This document shows, piece by piece, positions 10,811-17,126 of a DNA stretch of 32,000 nt. Position 1 is the first letter of the stretch. Every line of letters starts with the position of its first letter. The notes under the pieces are model-generated. The model made no database searches and was not told where the DNA came from. It saw only the letters and a program-made list of their open reading frames with translations. Position numbers and translations under genes: made by a program. Source of the stretch: Caulobacter vibrioides NA1000. GTDB lineage: Bacteria > Pseudomonadota > Alphaproteobacteria > Caulobacterales > Caulobacteraceae. Location of the stretch: assembly GCF_000022005.1 (NCBI RefSeq), contig NC_011916.1; one strand, written 5' to 3'.

Positions 10811-11370
10811 CCCGCGCCGAGTTCATCACCCGCCTGCGCCGGGGCCTCTCGGGCCTGCCGGCCACCACGATCGCCGACATCATCGCCGATCACGAGGCGC
10901 ACTTCTCCGACGCCCAGGCCGCCGGCCGCACCGAAGCCGAGGTCGCCGCCGCCCTGGGCGATCCCGACCGTCTGGCCCGCGAGTTGCGCGCCGAGGCCGG
11001 CCTCAAGCAGTGGGAGGAGAAAAAGACGCCGTCCAACGCCATGGCCGCGATCATCGCCTTGATCGGCCTGGGGGCCATCGACGTGATCTTCCTGCTGCCG
11101 CTGCTTATGGGCGTGCTGGCCACGCTGTTCGGCTTCCTGGTGGCCGTGGTGACGATCTTCTTCGTCGGCGGCTTCATCTTCGCCGCCGGCCCGCTGGCCG
11201 CGCCGCCAGGAGGACCGATCACCGCCTTCCTGACGGGCATCGGCCTGATGGCGTCGGCCACCTTCATCGGCTCGCTGCTGACGCTGGTGACGGTCGGGGT
11301 CTTCAATGCGGTCGTCTGGTACGCCCGCCTGCACTTCCGGCTGCTGAAGCCGGCCCTGGAACAAGCTTGA
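10807..11370 (+). CDS. DUF1700 domain membrane protein
   Basis: The ATG at 10807 overlaps the padR stop (ATGA). The N-terminal soluble DUF1700-like segment (MTRAEFITRLRRGLSGLP...EVAAALGDPDRLARELRAE) is followed by hydrophobic helices. Confidence 0.8.
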   Translation: MTRAEFITRLRRGLSGLPATTIADIIADHEAHFSDAQAAGRTEAEVAAALGDPDRLARELRAEAGLKQWEEKKTPSNAMAAIIALIGLGAIDVIFLLPLLMGVLATLFGFLVAVVTIFFVGGFIFAAGPLAAPPGGPITAFLTGIGLMASATFIGSLLTLVTVGVFNAVVWYARLHFRLLKPALEQA

Positions 11371-11387
11371 GCCGAGAGGAGGGGACC

Positions 11388-12203
11388 ATGTTGATCCGCA
11401 ATACGCTCATCGTCGCCGGGGCGAGCTTCGCCCTCGCGGTCGGTTGCTTCGCTGGGGTGGCGGCCATCGCCGGCCCTGAACTGATGACCAAAGGCTGGAC
11501 GATCCCGTTTGGGGACAGCGCCTCGGTGACCATCACCGACGACAACGGCAAGGTGATCCGCACCGTCCGCCACGTTGGCGCCGGCGGAGCGCCGTCGCCG
11601 ATGGTCGATCGCACCCTGCCCTGGACGGGCAAGGACACGCTGATCATCGACCTGCCGGTCGACGTCGTCTTCGTCCAGGGCGCCGAGGCCAAGATCGTCG
11701 TCTCCGGCCCCAAGTCCTATGTCGATCGCCTGAAGGTCGAAGGCGGCCGCATCAGCCTCGACGACATCAATCTGGCCGACGGCGCGATCATGACCTTGGG
11801 CCCGGACGGGCTGCAGGTGCGCAGTGATCGCGACCGCATGAAGATCACGGTCGTGGCGCCCGACGTCACCCGCTTTGAGGTTCGCGGTTCGGGCGATCTC
11901 GACATCCGGCGCTATGAACAGGCCGCCCTGAACCTGGACGTGTCGGGCAGCGGCGACGTCGAGGCCGAGGGTAAGGTCGAGACGGTCACCGTCGAAAACT
12001 CGGGCTCCGGCTACGCCGATCTGGGCGACCTCAAGGCCCGAGAGGCCGCCATCGAAGTCTCCGGCAGCGGCAGCGGCGCGGTGTTCGCCACGGGCAAGGC
12101 CAAGATCGACATCTCCGGCAGCGGCGACGTCGAGCTGCGCACCGAGCCCAAGTCGGTGACCAGCGAGATCACCGGCTCGGGCGAGGTCCGCCGCGAGTAC
12201 TGA
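11388..12203 (+). CDS. DUF2807 / head-GIN-domain (putative beta-helical adhesin-like) protein
   Basis: ATG at 11388 preceded by GAGAGGAGGGG. It has an N-terminal signal/anchor and six roughly periodic xSGSGD/xGSG repeats (RGSGDLDI, VSGSGDVEA, NSGSGYADL, VSGSGSGAV, ISGSGDVEL, ITGSGEVRR). Confidence 0.8.
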   Translation: MLIRNTLIVAGASFALAVGCFAGVAAIAGPELMTKGWTIPFGDSASVTITDDNGKVIRTVRHVGAGGAPSPMVDRTLPWTGKDTLIIDLPVDVVFVQGAEAKIVVSGPKSYVDRLKVEGGRISLDDINLADGAIMTLGPDGLQVRSDRDRMKITVVAPDVTRFEVRGSGDLDIRRYEQAALNLDVSGSGDVEAEGKVETVTVENSGSGYADLGDLKAREAAIEVSGSGSGAVFATGKAKIDISGSGDVELRTEPKSVTSEITGSGEVRREY

Positions 12204-12228
12204 TCACCATCGCGCGCGGAAACCTCGC

Positions 12229-12303
12229 CCTTCGACAGGCTCAGGGTGAGGCTTCCGAGTGAACCGCGGCGGAAAGTCGTCCTCATCCTGGGCTTGTCGA
12301 AGG
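12229..12303. repeat. palindromic REP/MITE-like element, family A copy 2
   Basis: 23-nt arms at 12229-12251 and 12281-12303 pair at every position if three G-U wobbles are allowed on the plus strand. The element begins 26 nt after the DUF2807 gene stop. Confidence 0.85.
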
Positions 12304-12400
12304 AGGAGGACGACCCCTCGGAGCTGAACCGAGGCTCTCAGGGCCTTGCGACAAAAGGGGCGGGGTGACGAGCGCGTTCGGAAGTCTTACCTGTAGGACC

Positions 12401-13837
12401 ATGAACGCTCCGATCCCCGCCTCTTCCCTGTCGATCCTGGACGCCGCCGGCGTCGATCCCGACCGCGCCCGCGCGATCCTGGGCGAAGCCCTGGCCGGCG
12501 CCGACGACGGCGAACTGTTCCTCGAACGCTCCGAGAGCGAGGCCTTCGTCTTCGACGATGGACGCCTCAAGAGCGCCTCCTACGATTCGGGCGAGGGCTT
12601 TGGCCTGCGCGTGGTGGCCGGCGAGACGGCCGGCTACGCCCACGCCGCCGAGATTTCCGAGGCCGCCATCCGCCGCGCCTCTGATTCGGCGAGCCTGGCC
12701 AAGCGCGGCCACGCCGGCGTCAGCGCCGAAGGGCCGCGCGCCACCAACGAGAAACTCTATGGCGAGGACAATCCGGTCAGCGCGCCGGACTTTTCCGACA
12801 AGGTCGCCCTGCTGCAGGAGATCGACGCCTTCGCCCGTGCCCGCGACCCGCGCGTCGTGCAGGTGATGGCCTCAATGGCCGGCGAGCGCCGCGTCGTCGA
12901 GATCCTCCGCGCCGACGGCCGGCTGATCCGGGACGTCCGCCCGCTGGTGCGCGTCAATGTCCAGGTCACCGTCGAGAAGGACGGCCGCCGCGAGAGCGGC
13001 TCGTCCGGCGCCGGCGGCCGCGCCGGCTTCGCCGCCTGGATCAGCCCCGACAAGTGGCAGGATCAGGTCGACGAGGCCCTGCGCATGGCGCTCGTGAATC
13101 TGGACGCCGTCGCCTGCCCCGCCGGCGAGATGGACGTGGTGCTGGGTCCGGGCTGGAACGGCGTGCTGCTGCATGAGGCCGTCGGCCACGGCCTGGAAGG
13201 CGACTTCAACCGCAAGGGCATCAGCGCCTTTTCGGGCCGTATCGGCGAGCGCGTGGCCGCCCCCGGCGTCACCGTCTTCGACGACGGATCGATCCCCGGT
13301 CGCCGCGGCTCTCTGACGGTCGATGACGAGGGCACCCCCACCGAGCGCACCATCCTGATCGAGGACGGCATTCTCGTCGGCTACATGCACGATCGGATGA
13401 GCGCCCGCCTGATGGGCATGAAGGCCACCGGCAACGGCCGCCGTCAGTCCTACGCCCACATGCCCATGCCGCGCATGACCAACACCGGCATGCTGGCCGG
13501 CGAGCACGATCCGCAGGAGATGATCGCCTCGCTGAAGCGCGGCCTCTACTGCGCCAATTTCGGCGGCGGCCAGGTCGACATCACCAACGGCAAGTTCGTC
13601 TTCCAGTGCACCGAGGCTTACCTCGTCGAAGACGGCAAGATCACCGCCCCCGTGAAGGGCGCCACCCTGATCGGCGATGGCCCCAGCGCGCTGACCCGCG
13701 TGACGATGATCGGCAACGACTTCGACTTCGACCCCGGTATCGGCGTCTGCGGCAAGTCGGGCCAAGGCGTGCCGGTGGGCGTGGGCCAGCCGTCGCTGAA
13801 GATCACCGGCCTGACCGTGGGCGGGACGGCGGTCTAA
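12401..13837 (+). CDS. tldD: metalloprotease TldD
   Basis: The ATG at 12401 (MNAPIPASSL...) is preferred over the GTG at 12365. The TldD/PmbA fold signature and the HEAVGHGLEGD zinc motif are present. Length is 478 aa. Confidence 0.93.
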   Translation: MNAPIPASSLSILDAAGVDPDRARAILGEALAGADDGELFLERSESEAFVFDDGRLKSASYDSGEGFGLRVVAGETAGYAHAAEISEAAIRRASDSASLAKRGHAGVSAEGPRATNEKLYGEDNPVSAPDFSDKVALLQEIDAFARARDPRVVQVMASMAGERRVVEILRADGRLIRDVRPLVRVNVQVTVEKDGRRESGSSGAGGRAGFAAWISPDKWQDQVDEALRMALVNLDAVACPAGEMDVVLGPGWNGVLLHEAVGHGLEGDFNRKGISAFSGRIGERVAAPGVTVFDDGSIPGRRGSLTVDDEGTPTERTILIEDGILVGYMHDRMSARLMGMKATGNGRRQSYAHMPMPRMTNTGMLAGEHDPQEMIASLKRGLYCANFGGGQVDITNGKFVFQCTEAYLVEDGKITAPVKGATLIGDGPSALTRVTMIGNDFDFDPGIGVCGKSGQGVPVGVGQPSLKITGLTVGGTAV

Positions 13838-13850
13838 GGGGACGTCCGAA

Positions 13851-13993
13851 AGCGCCCCCACCGTCACGCCGCGTATCCGCAGCGCGCCACCTCCCCCGTT
13901 TCACGGGTGAGGAGAGCGATCACTCAGAGCTTCCTGCCCCGCTCGCGGGGGAGGTGGCGCAACGCCGGTAGGCGATGCGACGGAGGGGGCGCT
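13851..13993. repeat. nested palindromic element, family B, between convergent tldD and GNAT genes
   Basis: The outer arms agcgcccccaccgtc (13851-13865) and gacggagggggcgct (13979-13993) match with one mismatch. The inner arms gcgccacctcccccg (13884-13898) and cgggggaggtggcgc (13946-13960) match perfectly. Confidence 0.75.
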
Positions 13994-14001
13994 TCTCAGC
14001 G

Positions 14002-14499
14002 CTAAAGCCGCCGCTCCAGATACGTCACCGTCTTCTTCCCGCCATGGATCTCGGCCGTCCCCACCGGGACAAAGCCGAGCGCCGCATGGAAGGCGTCCGA
14101 GACGGGATTGGGCGGGTCGGAATTGACCTCGCAGACGATCCGCGCGTGTCCCGCCGCCTTGGCCGCGTCGAAGAGGTCATCATACAGCGCCCGCGCCAGG
14201 CCCCTGCCCCGCGCGCTGTCGGCGACGACGACGCGGTCGACATAGACGAACGTCGGATAGCGCTCACGAAACCACAGGAAGTTGGGGCTGTCGTAGTCGG
14301 CGTCATGGTCGAAGGTCAGCAAGAGGGCGTCGGCCACGCCGACGCGCCGCGCCAGAAACGCCTGCGCGACCAGATGCGCCAGCCGCTCGGGCTCCAGCCA
14401 GGACAGTTCCACGGCGTGGGCGTTGTTCAGCGCCAGCAGCGCCGCGCCGTCAGGCGCATTCAGATCAGCGAGGGCGAGGGGGATCGAAAGTCGGCTCAT
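14002..14499 (-). CDS. GNAT family N-acetyltransferase
   Basis: 165 aa with an acetyl-CoA-binding motif (RGRGLARALYDDLFDAA). AGGTGAGG lies upstream of the ATG. Confidence 0.8.
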   Translation of the reverse strand: MSRLSIPLALADLNAPDGAALLALNNAHAVELSWLEPERLAHLVAQAFLARRVGVADALLLTFDHDADYDSPNFLWFRERYPTFVYVDRVVVADSARGRGLARALYDDLFDAAKAAGHARIVCEVNSDPPNPVSDAFHAALGFVPVGTAEIHGGKKTVTYLERRL

Positions 14500-14586
14500 A
14501 ACCTCACCTGCGCCTGGGCCCCACGGCGGACGGGTCGCGGCCCGGCGCCACCTTGCAAAGGTTTAATCCACCTGTCCGGCTTGTAA

Positions 14587-14775
14587 CTTCCCTCAAGGGG
14601 AGCCGAGAGGCACCGTCGAACCCAGGACGCCATTGTCCTGACCGTTCGGGTTGGGAGCGGAAGCGGTCCCCGCGGTTTGAGCCACCGCGAGGACCGTCTC
14701 ACCCGAAGGTGAGACGTGGTCCCCTCCACGTCTCCGCGAGGGGCCCCGGATCGTCGCCGGGGCCCCTCTTTGCTT
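14587..14775 (+). ncRNA. candidate structured RNA or attenuator-like element (strand uncertain, no family recognised)
   Basis: Six consecutive hairpins fill the gap, there is no credible ORF, and some helices are mutually exclusive. The only hairpin-plus-U-tract reads on the plus strand. Details are in the findings. Confidence 0.35.
14739..14775 (+). terminator. GC-rich hairpin with a plus-strand T-rich tail
   Basis: The stem aggggccccgg / ccggggcccct (11 bp, 7-nt loop) is followed by ctttgctt on plus. On minus it is followed by cgcggag with no U-tract. It may still act as a 3' hairpin for the POT mRNA. Confidence 0.45.
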
Positions 14776-14786
14776 AGGACGCCGCC

Positions 14787-16667
14787 TTAGGCCTTCTTGG
14801 GCGCGCCGACGTTGTCGGCGCCGTGCGACCACTTCTTGAGGACCGGCGACAGCAAGAGGAAGCCGATCCCGATCGCCACCGCCACCAGGCCGATGATGTT
14901 GAAGACCTTCAGCGACGCGGCCAGGGCCGCGCCGGGGTCCAGCACCTGACCGCCGACCGTCTCGGTGGCCGCCAGACCGGCGATCTTGCCGCCGACCCAC
15001 TGGGCGATGGCCACGGCCAGGAACCAGACGGCCATCATGAACGACACCACCGAGGCGGGCGACAGCTTGGTCATCTGCGACAGGCCGACCGGCGACATGC
15101 ACAGCTCGCCGGTGGTGTGCAGCATGTACATCAGCACCAGGAAGATCAGCGGCAGCTTGAACGCGCCGTCGGCGAAGGTGGAGCCCCACTGCAGCAGCAG
15201 GAAGCCGGCGCCGACCTGGATCAGGGCCAGGCCGAACTTGATCACCGGGTTCGGGTCCTTGCCGCGCGCGCCCAGGAACGTCCACACCGCCGCGAACACG
15301 GGCGCGAAGATCAGGATCCAGCCGGCGTTCAGCGCCTGGGTCTGCGGGGCGTTGAAGCTGGTGTCGACCCAGAAGGTCGAGGCCGCATCGATGCCGGCCT
15401 TGGCCAGCTGATCGGGCGTGGCCAGGGTCACCGCGCCGCTGAACAGCCGGAGCGGCTCGCGGACCAGATCCAGCTGGACATTGGTGGCGGCGAAAAGGCT
15501 GAGCGACGAGCCGGCCTGTTCAAACAGGGTCCAGAACACCACCGCGCCGAAGATCAGGAACACGGCCAGCGCCAGGCGCTCGCGCTCTTCCTTGGCGCAC
15601 TTGGTGAACATGAAGAAGCCGATATAGCCCAGCGAGGCCAGGATGCCGATGTTGAGGGCGACCCCGACGATGGCGTTGAACTGCACCAGGAAGAAGATCC
15701 CGACCAGGCCCACCAGAGACAGGCCGTAGATGGCCAGTTCGCGGTTGATCGGACCGGCGACCTTTTCCTTCAGCACCTTGGGCTCCGGCGGTTCGGCCTT
15801 GCCGTCCAGCCAGGGCTTGCCCAGCACGAAGACGATGAAGCCGGCCAGCATGCCGACGCCGGCGAGGCCGAAGCCCGCCCACCAGCCGACATTGACGCCC
15901 AGCAGGCCGCACAGGATCGAGGCCCAGAACGAACCCAGATTGATGCCGTAGTAGTAGAGGGTGAAGCCCGGATCGCGGCGCGGATCGCCCTGCGGATAGA
16001 GCTGGCCGACGATGGTCGAGATGTTCGGCTTCAGGAAGCCGACGCCCAGGATGATCAGCGACAGCGAGAACCAGAAGATGTTCAGGTACAGCGGGTCGCG
16101 ACCGGCGACGTCCAGCTTGTAGTCGGCCTTGGGCAGAACGGCGGGCAGCGGCGCGTTGGCGGGCAGGCCCTTGATCTCGAAATCGCCGACCTTGGTCGCG
16201 GCGACCTCATAGGCCTTGCCGTCGACCACCAGCTTGGCTTCGCGGTTCTGACCGCGGCCCTCGGCCTGGAACTCGTAGGTCGCGCCCTGATAGGTCAGGG
16301 TCTGGACGGCGGGCTTGCCCTCGATCGCCATGGCCAGGTGGCCGGCCACCAGCAGGACGGCGCCGAACGCCACGGCCTTGCGCGTGCCCAGCCACTTGTC
16401 GGCCAGGAAGCCGCCGATCAGCGGCACCAGATAGACGAGCGCGGTGTACGAGCCGTAGTGCCCGGACGCGGCCTTCGGATCGAACAGGAAGTGCTGCGTC
16501 AGGTAGAAGATCAGGATCGCGCGCATGCCGTAGTAGGAGAAGCGCTCCCACATCTCGGCCAGGAAACAGATGATCAGGCCGCGCGGATGGCCTTTCAGCA
16601 ATTGAAGAAGAACCGGGATCCCGGTCACGAGCGTGACCAGGATGCCCACGGCGATAACGATGTTCAT
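14787..16667 (-). CDS. POT/PTR2 family proton-dependent di/tripeptide transporter
   Basis: 626 aa with the ExxERFxYY motif (AEMWERFSYYGMRA) and FYxxINxGS-like YYYGINLGSF. It carries an extra ~75-residue segment between TM3 and TM4. Confidence 0.92.
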   Translation of the reverse strand: MNIVIAVGILVTLVTGIPVLLQLLKGHPRGLIICFLAEMWERFSYYGMRAILIFYLTQHFLFDPKAASGHYGSYTALVYLVPLIGGFLADKWLGTRKAVAFGAVLLVAGHLAMAIEGKPAVQTLTYQGATYEFQAEGRGQNREAKLVVDGKAYEVAATKVGDFEIKGLPANAPLPAVLPKADYKLDVAGRDPLYLNIFWFSLSLIILGVGFLKPNISTIVGQLYPQGDPRRDPGFTLYYYGINLGSFWASILCGLLGVNVGWWAGFGLAGVGMLAGFIVFVLGKPWLDGKAEPPEPKVLKEKVAGPINRELAIYGLSLVGLVGIFFLVQFNAIVGVALNIGILASLGYIGFFMFTKCAKEERERLALAVFLIFGAVVFWTLFEQAGSSLSLFAATNVQLDLVREPLRLFSGAVTLATPDQLAKAGIDAASTFWVDTSFNAPQTQALNAGWILIFAPVFAAVWTFLGARGKDPNPVIKFGLALIQVGAGFLLLQWGSTFADGAFKLPLIFLVLMYMLHTTGELCMSPVGLSQMTKLSPASVVSFMMAVWFLAVAIAQWVGGKIAGLAATETVGGQVLDPGAALAASLKVFNIIGLVAVAIGIGFLLLSPVLKKWSHGADNVGAPKKA

Positions 16668-16964
16668 ACGCTAGCCTTAGAACGTGACGAGAGGCGGAAA
16701 CTGACCCCCCATTTGGTCAAATCGTCCCCGCCGGCCCCAATTTGGCGGCGAGAAGACCACGCGGGAGAGGGTTTCACAAGCAACGGCTTGCGCGGGCGCC
16801 AGAGCCCAGGCCCGCCATGCCCGATCCAGAACGGGAAACGGGCGACGCGGACACCCCGACCGCGACATTGCGCCCCCTTGATCGAAACCGCGAATTAAGG
16901 CGCTTTTGACCCTTGGGAGCGCGACCATCGCCCCAGCGTCCGCCAGAGACGCACGGAGGAAACC

Positions 16965-17108
16965 ATGGCCTACGTCTCCTATGATCAGGCTGTTCACGCG
17001 ACCGCAATTCGACCGCAACGCCGCCTCGCCTGGGGCCGGCTTCTGGCGCTCGCCGCCACGGTCGGGCTTTGGATTGGCCTGATCGCAGCGGTTCGGGCGA
17101 TTCTCTGA
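16965..17108 (+). CDS. small hypothetical membrane protein, 47 aa
   Basis: GGAGGA lies 5 nt upstream of the ATG. My translation is MAYVSYDQAVHATAIRPQRRLAWGRLLALAATVGLWIGLIAAVRAIL, ending in TGA, with one C-terminal TM helix. Third positions are mostly G/C. It is not in the supplied track because it is under 60 aa. Confidence 0.45.
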   Translation: MAYVSYDQAVHATAIRPQRRLAWGRLLALAATVGLWIGLIAAVRAIL

Positions 17109-17126
17109 TCAGCCTCTCGCGGACGA

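Noticed and set aside
14543-14557. A sigma-54-like GGCGCC-N-TTGCA (-24/-12) element.
   Set aside because: The GG to GC spacing is one nucleotide shorter than the strict consensus, and the -24 element is imperfect.
14610-14630. A GGTTCGACGG motif on the minus strand, reminiscent of a tRNA T-loop or the 5' end of tmRNA.
   Set aside because: No flanking 5-bp T-stem, no acceptor or anticodon arms, no tag reading frame and no CCA-proximal structure could be built around it.
14618-14646. GAAC ... CGTT resembling an EcfG/SigT general-stress promoter.
   Set aside because: The spacer is 21 nt rather than 16-17, and the -35 lacks the leading G. The two motifs are better explained as the two sides of hairpin H1.
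14500-14700. Resemblance on the minus strand to ZTP (GGTGGA...CCGGG...CCGCC-TGGGGC) and cobalamin (GGTG..AAACC..., GTCAGGA) riboswitch fragments.
   Set aside because: The motifs are in the wrong order or spacing. Invariant elements are missing (GCCACUG for B12, the UGGCG-then-GGUGGA order for ZTP). The downstream gene (GNAT) does not fit either regulon. A cmsearch run would settle it.
14496-14777. A 77-aa (-) ORF and a 74-aa (+) ORF across the structured gap.
   Set aside because: Their Arg/Pro-rich sequences are generated by the GC-rich hairpin arms. There is no SD and no coding-like periodicity.
16895-16910. TTAA-N7-TTGAC, one mismatch from the CtrA box TTAA-N7-TTAAC.
   Set aside because: It is a single imperfect site with no second half-site context, about 230 nt from the POT start. 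That is insufficient without ChIP or conservation data.
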